DNA of 34,164 nt from positions 1-34,164 of the forward strand of contig JANOTV010000235.1 in assembly GCA_031416495.1 (NCBI GenBank), given 5' to 3'. The stretch comes from Gemmatimonadota bacterium (GTDB lineage Bacteria; Gemmatimonadota; Gemmatimonadetes; Gemmatimonadales; Gemmatimonadaceae). Under the pieces are notes generated by a model. It was given only the letters and a program-made list of their open reading frames with translations, was not told the origin of the DNA and did not search any database. The translations under genes were made by a program, and so were the position numbers. Below are positions 17,158 through 25,709 of the stretch, one piece after another; within the stretch, counting starts at the first letter, position 1, and the number at the start of each line of letters is the position of its first letter.

Positions 17158-18075
17158 TCAGTTGGTCACGAGGGATTCGGTCTCATCGAGGAACTGCCGG
17201 ATGCGGGCGAAGAGGGCATCCGCCTGCTCAACATATGGAACGTGCCCACAGTCCTCCAGCCACAAAGACTCGGCACCGAGGCTGTTCGCAACCGCCGCCG
17301 ATGAAGCGAGCGGGATCGGGTCCTGCCGTCCATGCACCACCAGCGAGGGAATCCGCGCGCCCGCGAGCAGCGGGATGAGGTCGAAATCGCCCAGCGACTC
17401 CCATACCGACTGCTGCACACGGGCGGTGACGCGGAAGGGCGTGAGATCCTGCGCGCGCGCTGGATCGGCGAAGTAGCCGGCAACGCTCAGTTCGAAGATG
17501 CGCTGCCGGTAGCTGTCGGGATCGCTCTCGCGGAGACCACTCGCCCCGAGTGCCTCCCGGAGTGCGGCCACCTCGGCGCTCGATTGCCTGCGCGAGAACT
17601 CCGCCTCGAACTCCGTGCGCCACGCGCGCGATACGGGCGCGGGGTCGATCAACACGAGTCGTACTGGCAGCGGTCCTGCACGCCCCGCGAGCGCCTCGAT
17701 CAGATACAACAATGTCAGCATCCCTCCCCACGAATAGCCGACGAGAGTCAGCGGGCCGGGTTCCAGCTCGGCGATGACGCGCGTCAGGTCCTCGACATGC
17801 ATCTGCCAGGTGATCGGCGTGCGATCGTCGGTCTTGGAGCGTCCACCGCCGCGCTGGTCGTAGAACAGGCACTCGTGTGTGCGCGTGTGCGCGTGCTCGT
17901 GCGCGTACGCGAGCTCGAGCATCTGCGGCAGCAGGTAGTCGTGATGCGCACCGGGACCTCCGTGCAGCACAAGCATGCGGCTGCGCGGGGATGGCGGCGA
18001 GTACCGGCACCAGTAGAGCGGGTGCGTGGTGGTCGTCGTGAGGCCTTCGGACTGCGGCGGCGGAATGGGTGGCAC
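17158..18075 (-). CDS. Alpha/beta hydrolase, proline iminopeptidase-like
   Basis: HGGPG, YDQRGGGRS, GYSWGG, HGRQD and CGH motifs. Confidence 0.9.
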   Translation of the reverse strand: MPPIPPPQSEGLTTTTTHPLYWCRYSPPSPRSRMLVLHGGPGAHHDYLLPQMLELAYAHEHAHTRTHECLFYDQRGGGRSKTDDRTPITWQMHVEDLTRVIAELEPGPLTLVGYSWGGMLTLLYLIEALAGRAGPLPVRLVLIDPAPVSRAWRTEFEAEFSRRQSSAEVAALREALGASGLRESDPDSYRQRIFELSVAGYFADPARAQDLTPFRVTARVQQSVWESLGDFDLIPLLAGARIPSLVVHGRQDPIPLASSAAVANSLGAESLWLEDCGHVPYVEQADALFARIRQFLDETESLVTN

Positions 18076-18103
18076 GGTTTGTCGTCGACTCGTTCGCTGA
18101 CAG

Positions 18104-19459
18104 CTAGCGGACGGCGCCGTCGCCCTTGAAGACGACGCCGTTCTTCATGACGAAACTCACGCGCTCGAGCACCTTCACGTCGCTGAGCGGATCACCCGGC
18201 ACGGCGACGATGTCGGCGAGCCTGCCGGCGGTGAGCGTGCCGAGGCGCGCATCCCACCCAAGCAGCTTCGCCGCGCTCGACGTGCCCGCGACGATCACCT
18301 GCATCGGCGTCATGCCGCCCCACTCGACCATGAGCGTGAACTCGTGCGCGTTCTCGCCGTGCTTGCCGACGCCGGCGTCGGTGCCGAGCGCGATGGGTGT
18401 GCCTGCGGCGATCGCGATACGCGTGGCGTTCTTCATCGCGGCCGCCGCCGCGCGCGCCTTGACCGCGACATACGGAGGCAGGCCGCCGCCATTCGCTGCA
18501 CGAAGCACCGCTTCGCCGGCCATCATCGTCGGCACGAGGAAGGTGCCGTGCTCCGCCATCAGCTTCGCGCCCTCTTCATCGAGGAACGATCCATGCTCGA
18601 TGCTCGCGACGCCTGCGCGCGTCGCCACCTTGATGCCCGCGGCGCCGTGCGCATGCGCGGCGACCTTGCGGCCCATTTTCTTCGCCTCGTCCACCATCGC
18701 CTTCAGCTCGTCGAAGGTGTACTGCAGCACGCCCACCTCGGCGTCGCCGCCGGAGAGCACGCCTGCCGTCGCGCAGGTCTTGATGACGTCGGCGCCGTAC
18801 TTCACCTGGTAGCGCACGGCCGCGCGCACCTCCTCGACGCCGTCGGCGATGCCGGTCCGCGGCGAGCCATCCTTGAGTCCCGGGCGATAATTGTTCTCAT
18901 CGCAATGACCGCCGGTGATGCCGAGCGAATGCGCGCCGGCCTGCATGCGCGGGCCGGGCACGAAGCCCTCCTCGATGGCCTTCCGCAGGCCGATGTCCTC
19001 GAAGCCATAGGCACCCACCTGTCGCACGCTCGTGAAGCCGCCAAGCAATGTGCGACGCGCATGTTCAGCGCCGATGATGGCGGAGGCGCCCGGGTATTCG
19101 GTCACGTTCGCGTGCTGCTTCGCGGGATCCTCGGTCTCGCGCCCGACCAGGTGCACATGCATGTCGATGAATCCCGGCAGCAGCGTCGCATTGCCGAGGT
19201 CGACGCGGCGCGCGCCGGCGGGTATGCGCACGACGGACTCAGGGCCGACGGCGACGATCTTGTCGTCGGTCACGACGACCACGCCGTTGACGATGGGCGC
19301 GGCGCCGGTGCCGTCGATCACGCGCGCGGCGCGCAGCACGACCGTCCCGCTCCCCGACTTGGGGATGTTCGAGAATGGCTGCGCCTGCGAGGCAGTCGCC
19401 GCTCCGGCAATGGCGATGAAGGCGCATGCCGCGGCGCGAACGATGAATGGACGGTGCAT
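18104..19459 (-). CDS. Secreted metal-dependent amidohydrolase (Xaa-Pro dipeptidase-like)
   Basis: Signal peptide; PGFIDMHVH, GADVIK, AAHAHG, SIEHG and GTDAG motifs. Confidence 0.92.
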   Translation of the reverse strand: MHRPFIVRAAACAFIAIAGAATASQAQPFSNIPKSGSGTVVLRAARVIDGTGAAPIVNGVVVVTDDKIVAVGPESVVRIPAGARRVDLGNATLLPGFIDMHVHLVGRETEDPAKQHANVTEYPGASAIIGAEHARRTLLGGFTSVRQVGAYGFEDIGLRKAIEEGFVPGPRMQAGAHSLGITGGHCDENNYRPGLKDGSPRTGIADGVEEVRAAVRYQVKYGADVIKTCATAGVLSGGDAEVGVLQYTFDELKAMVDEAKKMGRKVAAHAHGAAGIKVATRAGVASIEHGSFLDEEGAKLMAEHGTFLVPTMMAGEAVLRAANGGGLPPYVAVKARAAAAAMKNATRIAIAAGTPIALGTDAGVGKHGENAHEFTLMVEWGGMTPMQVIVAGTSSAAKLLGWDARLGTLTAGRLADIVAVPGDPLSDVKVLERVSFVMKNGVVFKGDGAVR

Positions 19460-19499
19460 CGGTGGGTGTTCTCCTGGGAGGATTAGGCGTGCGTTAGGT

Positions 19500-20570
19500 T
19501 CAGCGTGCGGTGAAGTCGGTCGTCTCAGTCACCGCGCGGCATGCCGCCGCGATCAGTGTCGCCGCCTGATCCAGATCGACGAGGCTCACCATCTCGTTCG
19601 GCGAGTGCATGTAGCGGTTCGGGATGGAGAGCACGGCGGTCGCAACGCCGCTCCGCGCGAGATGGATCGCGTCGGCATCGGTGCCGGTCTCGCGCCCTGC
19701 CGCATGCAGGGTGTACGGGATGCGCATCGAGTCCGCAGTGTCGCGCAGCACGCGGAATGCCACCGGCGAGACGATCGAGCCGCGCGTGAGCACCGGGCCG
19801 CTGCCGAGTTTGGAATCCCCGAGTTCCTTCTTCTCGATGCCGGGGTGATCGGTCGCGAAGGTCACGTCCACCACGATCGCCATCGCGGGGTCCACGCGCT
19901 CCGCGCCGACACGTGCGCCGCCGCCGTGATGTGCGATCTCCTCCTGCGTCGTCGCGACCGCCACCACGCGTGCATCGCCCGGCTCGGCGGCGTAGCGGCG
20001 CAGTGCCTCCAGCACCACGAACGCGCCGATGCGGTCGTCCACCGAACGCGAGACGATGCGGTCGTTCGGGAAATCCATCGTGCGCGAGTCGATCACTCCC
20101 GCGTCACCGATCGAGAGCCGCGCCTCGGCTTGCGCGCGCGACGAGGCGCCGATGTCCACCCAGAGGTCGGGGAACTTCGTTCCCTTGTCGCGGTCCTCGG
20201 GCTTGATGAGATGGATCGGCTTCTTGCCGACGGCGCCGTACACGTCGCCCTCACGTCCGAGAAACCGGATTCGCTGCGCGACGAGCACCTGCGGGTCCCA
20301 TCCGCCGATCGGTCCGATGTGCACGAAGCCGTCGTCGTCGATCCACGTGACGATGACGCCGATCTCATCGATGTGGCCCGCGAGCATGATGGTCGGAGAA
20401 CCTTCGGGATTCACGACGGCGATGCTGTTGCCATGCACGTCGCCCTGCACGCTCGCAGCGAAGGTGCGCGCCTCCTCACGCCAGACCGCCGCGGCTGCCG
20501 CCTCGTAGCCCGAAGGTCCGGGCGTATCGAGCAGGCGCTTCAGGAATTCGATGGCGGGTGGCTTCAGCAT
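19500..20570 (-). CDS. M42 family metallopeptidase
   Basis: GHIDEIG, DDRIG, QEE, DVT, GTDAD and RYMHSP motifs. Confidence 0.94.
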   Translation of the reverse strand: MLKPPAIEFLKRLLDTPGPSGYEAAAAAVWREEARTFAASVQGDVHGNSIAVVNPEGSPTIMLAGHIDEIGVIVTWIDDDGFVHIGPIGGWDPQVLVAQRIRFLGREGDVYGAVGKKPIHLIKPEDRDKGTKFPDLWVDIGASSRAQAEARLSIGDAGVIDSRTMDFPNDRIVSRSVDDRIGAFVVLEALRRYAAEPGDARVVAVATTQEEIAHHGGGARVGAERVDPAMAIVVDVTFATDHPGIEKKELGDSKLGSGPVLTRGSIVSPVAFRVLRDTADSMRIPYTLHAAGRETGTDADAIHLARSGVATAVLSIPNRYMHSPNEMVSLVDLDQAATLIAAACRAVTETTDFTAR

Positions 20571-20580
20571 CTGGTGGGTC

Positions 20581-21516
20581 TCAGGCGGGAATGGCGAAGG
20601 CAGCGCGCGCAGCGGTGGTCAGCGGCGCCGCACGGCCGGTGTCGAGTGGCGAGAACAATGTGGGACTGAAGCATCGCGCGAACACCTCGATGCCGTCAAC
20701 CAACCGTGGGCCCGGACGGCTCGCGAATGCATTGGCATCGATGGCGTACACGCGACGCGTGCGCGCCCACGCCCATCCATCGAGCGCGAGCAGTCGCTCA
20801 CCCTCCTGCTGCGCGCGGGCAAGGTCATACCCGCACGGTGCGATCAGGATCACCTCGGGGTCGGCGTCGCGCACCGCATCGCGCGTGACCACGACGGAGT
20901 GCTCCCCCCGCTTCGCCAGGGTGTCCACGCCACCGGCGCGATGCACCATCTCGGGCACCCAGTGGCCCGCTGCGTAGATCGGTTCTCCCCACTCGATGAC
21001 TGCGACGCGCGGACGCGGCGCCTTCGCCGACTTGAGCGTGTCGTGCACGCGACGCATGCGGGCCCGCGCGCCGATGAGCAACTCCTCCGCCTCCGACTCG
21101 AGCCCAAGCGCCGCGCCGACGCGCGCGATGTCGTCGAGCACGCCATCGAGTGAGGTGGCGTCGAGCGTGAGCACCGTCGGCGGCGGCTCGAGCCGGGCCG
21201 CGAGCGCCCGCACATCCGTCTCGGTCACCGCGCACACGTCGCAGAGCGCCTGCGTGATGAGCAGGTCAGGACGCAGCGCCCTGATGCGGTCCTCGAGCAG
21301 CGTGTAGAGCGGCTGGCCGGCGTCGAAGATACGACGCACCTGCGCATCCACTTCGCCCGGCGCCGCGTCGCCGTCCACGGCGGTCGTCGTCACGCGCACG
21401 CGCGAGTCCACCATCGGCGGATGGTCGCAGGCATGCGTGACGCCCACCAGGTGTTCGAGCCCGCCGAGCGCGGCGACGATCTCCGTCGCGCTCGGCAGCA
21501 GCGAGATCACCCGCAT
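20581..21516 (-). CDS. Cobalamin/Fe-siderophore-type substrate-binding protein (BtuF-like), no signal peptide
   Basis: Starts MRVISLLPSATEI; GVTHACD, TQALCDVCA, GHWVPEM, APCG and SRPGPRL motifs. Confidence 0.85.
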   Translation of the reverse strand: MRVISLLPSATEIVAALGGLEHLVGVTHACDHPPMVDSRVRVTTTAVDGDAAPGEVDAQVRRIFDAGQPLYTLLEDRIRALRPDLLITQALCDVCAVTETDVRALAARLEPPPTVLTLDATSLDGVLDDIARVGAALGLESEAEELLIGARARMRRVHDTLKSAKAPRPRVAVIEWGEPIYAAGHWVPEMVHRAGGVDTLAKRGEHSVVVTRDAVRDADPEVILIAPCGYDLARAQQEGERLLALDGWAWARTRRVYAIDANAFASRPGPRLVDGIEVFARCFSPTLFSPLDTGRAAPLTTAARAAFAIPA

Positions 21517-21914
21517 CAGCCGAGCTTCTGCGGGGTTTGCGGCACGGGAAGGAGGATCAGCACCACGATGAACGTCAGGAGTCCAAGCGCCATCGTCGCG
21601 ATGGGACCGCCGGCGAAGTGCTGCGCCGTGCCGAAGAGCGCGACGCCCTCGCCGAACGCCCATCCGATGATGGTCAGCTTGCCGTGCGCGCCGGGAGCCG
21701 TCGCACCGTCGATGCGCGCCTTGAGGAAGATCGCGGCGAAAACGGCCGCAAGCGAGAGTCCCCAGAGCACGTAGCGCATCATCTCGAGCATGGAGTCGCC
21801 GCTCACGCTCGGGAGCATGCCCTGTGCGCGTTGGTACGCCGCGAGTCCCGCGAAGATCGCGACACCAGCGACCAGCGCGATGCGGATGGTGAAGAGCTGC
21901 TTGGACGGTACCAC
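21516..21914 (-). CDS. Hypothetical membrane protein, about 4 TM helices
   Basis: GGAGG then GTG 21914; four hydrophobic segments; stop overlaps the next ATG. Confidence 0.75.
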   Translation of the reverse strand: MVPSKQLFTIRIALVAGVAIFAGLAAYQRAQGMLPSVSGDSMLEMMRYVLWGLSLAAVFAAIFLKARIDGATAPGAHGKLTIIGWAFGEGVALFGTAQHFAGGPIATMALGLLTFIVVLILLPVPQTPQKLG

Positions 21915-21918
21915 GCTG

Positions 21919-23601
21919 CTACCTCCGTTCGTAGACTTTGCGTCCGCCCACCCAGGTCGAGATGACCTTGGTCGCAGGCAGGACTGCATCCGGCACACGC
22001 ATGATATCCTGGTCGAGCACGACGAAGTCCGCGCGCTTGCCCTTCGCGAGCGATCCGAGCTCGTCTTCCTGGAACGCCGAGTACGCGGGCCAGAGCGTCA
22101 TCGACTTGAGCGCCTCGTCACGCGTCATGCGCTGCTCGGGGAACCAGCCGCCCGCGGGCCAGCCGCGCGCATCCTGCCGCGACACCGACGCCTTGAACGA
22201 GATCAGCGGATCGACGTGTTCCACGGGAAAGTCGGAACCGTTCGGGATGATGACGCCGCTCTCGAGCAGCGAACGCCACGCGTAGGCGCCGCGGAGGCGC
22301 GTATCGCCGAGCCGGTTGCCCGCCCAATACATGTCGCTCGTCTGGTGCGACGCCTGCATCGACGGGATCACGCCCAGTGCGGCGAAGCGCGGGATGTCGT
22401 CATGGTGCAGGATCTGCGCGTGCTCGACGCGGAAGCGATGATCGGCGGTGGGCACGGCTGTGAGCGCGGCCTCGTATGAGTCGAGCACGAGCCGGTTGCC
22501 CCGGTCGCCGATGGCGTGCGTGTTCACCTGGATCCCGGCCTTGAGCGCGCGCGCTGCGACATCCTGGATGTGCGCCGGTGCGGAGACGAGCAAGCCGCTC
22601 GTCTTCGCGTCGTCGGAGTACGGCTCGAGGAGCGCCGCGCCGCGTGAGCCGAGCGCGCCGTCCTGGTAGAGCTTGATCGAGCGCAGCCACAGCATGCCAT
22701 TGTGGATGCCGTTCTGAGGGCCGCGTGTGATGAGCGCGTCGATCGCCGCGGCATTGTCGGAGATCATGGCGTACAGGCGGATGTTGAGCGCGTTCTCGCG
22801 GCCGAGTTCCTCGTACAGCTCCACCACGGACGGCTACGAACCCGCATCGTGTACGCCGGTCATCCCATACTTGTGCATCTCGGCGATCGCGGCCTTGATC
22901 GCGTCCTTCGTCTGTGCGCGCGTGGGTGCTGGGATCGCGCGGCCGACGAGACGCTGCGCATTGTCGACGAGCACACCTGCCGGATTGCCATCCGCATCGC
23001 GCTCGATGGAGCCGCCGGTGGGTTCCTGCGTCGCCTTCGTCAGATTCGCCTTCTGCATCGCCATCGTGTTCACGACCGCGGCGTGGCCATCCACGCGCAC
23101 GAGGTATACGGGATGGTCGGGCAGCGCGCGCGTGAGCGCCTCGTGCGTGGGGAAGCGCGTGTCGCCCCAGTCATTCTGGTCCCAGCCACGTCCGACGATC
23201 CACTCGCCCTTCGGCGTGTGGCGGGCGCGCTCTACCACGCGCGCGATCACCTGCTGGTACGACGTCGTGCCGACGAGATCCACGTTGCGCAGCGACTCGC
23301 CGAGTCCTGCGACGTGCGCATGCGCGTCCGTCATGCCCGGGATCACCGTGCGACCGCCGAGGTCGAGCACCTGCGTGCCCGCACCGGTGAGTGCGCGCGC
23401 GCCGGCCTCGTCACCGACGAAGATCACACGTCCGTCTCGGATGGCGATCGCAGCGACGATCGGCCGCGCGCCATCAGCAGTATAGATGCGGCCGTTGCGG
23501 ACGACGAGATCCGCAGCAACGGTGGCCTGTTGCGCCACCACGATGCCGGATGTTGCAGTGATCGTCGCTGCAGCGACGAGAAACGATAGAACAGTGCGCA
23601 T
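21919..23601 (-). pseudogene. Amidohydrolase-3 (YtcJ-like) interrupted by one in-frame TAG at 22834-22836
   Basis: ORFs 22834..23709 and 21919..22827 are in the same frame (HDAGS*PSVVELY). Motifs PGMTDAHAH, DGALGSRGA, HAIGDR, RVEHAQ and GSDFP are intact; signal peptide from ATG 23601. Confidence 0.85.
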
Positions 23602-23854
23602 GTGTGACGTCGGTATTGAGCGGTCAGTGAGGTTCATCACGTATCGCTGATATTTGCTGCGGGGAGGGGAACGCGCCAGTGGAGGCCGCGTACTTTGGAC
23701 GATGCACACACCGCGGTCTGACTGGTGGAGCGAAGTACATGTGGACGAGATTCTTCCAGGAGTTCGGCGGCGAACGCACCTACCAGGGGCCGGTCCATGA
23801 AGTGGGAGTCAGGTACAGGTTCGCTACCGCTGAACACGCATTGGCCACGCGCGC

Positions 23855-24364
23855 ATGAAGGTTATCGTGATGGGCCTCGGCGCCGTGGGCAGCGCTGCCG
23901 CATGGCGGCTGGCGGTGGCGGGCCATGAAGTGATCGGCTTCGACAGCTGGGAGCCGCCGCACACGAACGGCTCGACGCATTCGGAATCACGCATGACACG
24001 CGAGACGGCTGAGGAGGTGAGGAAACGCTGGAAGCACATCCGCGCGAGCGACATCGCGCCGGTGACGGCGACGATGCAGCGATACTTCCCGCGCAATGCG
24101 GGGGCGTGGCTGCGCGGCGCGACGTGCATGTACACCGTCACGCCGCACGGTCAGTTCATCCTGGACCGGCACCCCGAACATCCACAGGTCGTGCTCGGCA
24201 GCCCCTGCAACGGCTTCGGCTTCAAGTTCTCCGGGGCGACAGGCGAAGCGCTTGCCGCGATGGCGGTCGGCGACGAACCGCCGGTGTCTATCTCGCACTG
24301 GAGTCTCGCGAGCGCAATGGCCGCGGGTCTCGCAACCCGCGCCGCTCGCGCACATTCACCATGA
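23855..24364 (+). pseudogene. solA: N-methyltryptophan/sarcosine oxidase with a large in-frame internal deletion
   Basis: GLGAVGSAAAWRLA...GSTHSESR is joined almost directly to TCMYTVTP...ILDRHP...GFGFKF. 169 aa against roughly 375 aa for the family. Confidence 0.8.
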
Positions 24365-24680
24365 TCTTGCGGGGCGAGAGCAGCTTCCCCGTAATGTGCG
24401 CCGGGCAGACCGGCGTGCGGCGGTCGCACTCGGTGCAAGCGAAGCCGTCGAGCAACGACTTCCAGCTCAGGTGTCCGATGAGGAAGTTCGCGAAGGAGAA
24501 CGTCGGCACGACGCCCTCGTTGCGCTTCTCCTTGATCTGGAGTGCCGCTTTGACGGCGTAGCCATGAAAATCGGAGATGTCCAGCTTGAGCTCCGTTTCG
24601 TCCGCGGCCTTGCCGGAGGGGCCGATCTTGAAGCGGAGGTCCATGTCGGGGACGCGCCTGATGCAGACGGCGATCTTCAA
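24288..24680 (-). pseudogene. Chimeric remnant: EtfB N-terminus fused to an Fe-S oxidoreductase (FadF-like) fragment
   Basis: MKIAVCIRRVPD...ALQIKEK (EtfB-like) is followed by LSWKSLLDGFACTECDRRTPVCPAHITGKLLSPRKI (FadF-like, third Cys lost). Confidence 0.75.
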
Positions 24681-24809
24681 CGGATACCTGTGCTTGCTGG
24701 ACAGGCGAAAACTACAGGTGGGAGGAAAGAGGTGGTAGTAAACTGCTTGCTATGCGTGCCAGCAGGCTGAACTGGGCGCGTCCGCGCCCGCCGTCAGGCC
24801 CGTGCGGAA

Positions 24810-25706
24810 CTACTCTTTCTTGCGCCCCTTGCGCCCCTTGCGCGCCTTGCGCGGCGACTTCACCGGCGACTTCACCGGCGACTTCACCGGCGACTTCACC
24901 GGCGACTTCACCGGCGACTTCACCGGCGGCTTCACCGGCGGCTTCACCGGCGGCTTCACCGGCGGATTCCGCTTACGGGGTCCGGGCGTCGGCTCAGCGG
25001 ACCCGAGCTCGAGCCCGAACAGCTCCGACAAGTTGGCGGCGGCGAGGAGCTTGTTGGACGCGGGGCCGACGCGCGGGAGCGCCAGCGCGTCACCGGCCTC
25101 GGCGATCAGGTCCTTCTCCTCCACCTGGCGCAGCGCGAAGAAGAGTTCGGGGCGCTCGTCGAGTCGCGCCCCGACGCCGTAGAGCGTGGCCGCGACGTGC
25201 TTGCACATCGAGGCCCAGTCGGGACAGGTGCAGGAGAAGCGAATCTCGGCAGGAGCCGGAAAGAGTCCGGTCTTCGGGCGGCACAGGCGCTCCATGACGC
25301 CGCGCGCGAAGCGGCCCTGCAGCAGCTCGACCACCGAATCGATACCACCGGCGCAGTCCTTGCAGAGCGCCTTCCAGTGCGCCTTGGAGAGCGGCGTCAC
25401 CTCGATCGCCACCTGGTAGAGCTGCGATCCGCTCACGCGCGCGGCGACCTTGCCGGGACTCAGCGTGAGATCCACCACCGAGCCGTGGGGCACGTACGGG
25501 CGCCCCCGCGGCCGACGATTAGAGTTGTAGCGGTAGCGCGCGAGGTTCTCGCACCAGGCTTTCCCCCAGAAGGTACGCGCGATCGTGCGGCCCACGATCA
25601 CCACCGGAGCCGGGCGCTGGCCCGGCTTCGAGAGTTTCTTCAGCGCGCGCGCAGCCTGACTCCGGCGCGTGGCCACGGGCACATAGGGTTTCCATTCGTA
25701 GTACAT
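24810..25706 (-). CDS. SWIM zinc-finger protein with repetitive basic C-terminal tail
   Basis: TFWGKAWC, VSGS..Y.V and SCTCPDWASMCKH (CxC...CxH); starts 3 nt after the SNF2 stop. Confidence 0.9.
   Translation of the reverse strand: MYYEWKPYVPVATRRSQAARALKKLSKPGQRPAPVVIVGRTIARTFWGKAWCENLARYRYNSNRRPRGRPYVPHGSVVDLTLSPGKVAARVSGSQLYQVAIEVTPLSKAHWKALCKDCAGGIDSVVELLQGRFARGVMERLCRPKTGLFPAPAEIRFSCTCPDWASMCKHVAATLYGVGARLDERPELFFALRQVEEKDLIAEAGDALALPRVGPASNKLLAAANLSELFGLELGSAEPTPGPRKRNPPVKPPVKPPVKPPVKSPVKSPVKSPVKSPVKSPVKSPRKARKGRKGRKKE
24819..24960. repeat. Coding VNTR: 9 x 12-bp GGCGRCTTCACC (24853-24960) plus 4 x 9-bp CTTGCGCSS (24819-24854)
   Basis: Counted directly: six GGCGACTTCACC units then three GGCGGCTTCACC units; encodes VKPP/VKSP repeats and RKA/RKG repeats. 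Confidence 0.95.
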
Positions 25707-25709
25707 GCG

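Noticed and set aside
19032-20669. Long antisense or alternative-frame ORFs (for example 19032..20669, 25197..26813, 2027..3427, 32855..33859)
   Set aside because: Shadow ORFs typical of high-GC DNA, overlapping well-supported genes and lacking recognisable motifs.
22834-22836. Pyrrolysine or genome-wide TAG recoding
   Set aside because: No pyl genes in the window and TAG terminates several intact genes here.
24711-24739. ACTACAG resembling the IS701-like terminus
   Set aside because: Only 7 bp match, with no YAC terminus or YTAR flank; it fits the etfB -10 region better.
24774-24789. Hairpin GGGCGCG-TC-CGCGCCC downstream of the SWIM gene as an intrinsic terminator
   Set aside because: No U-tract on either strand, so it cannot be called.
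24853-24960. Possible CRISPR array
   Set aside because: 12-bp head-to-tail units with no spacers, inside a coding frame, and no cas genes.
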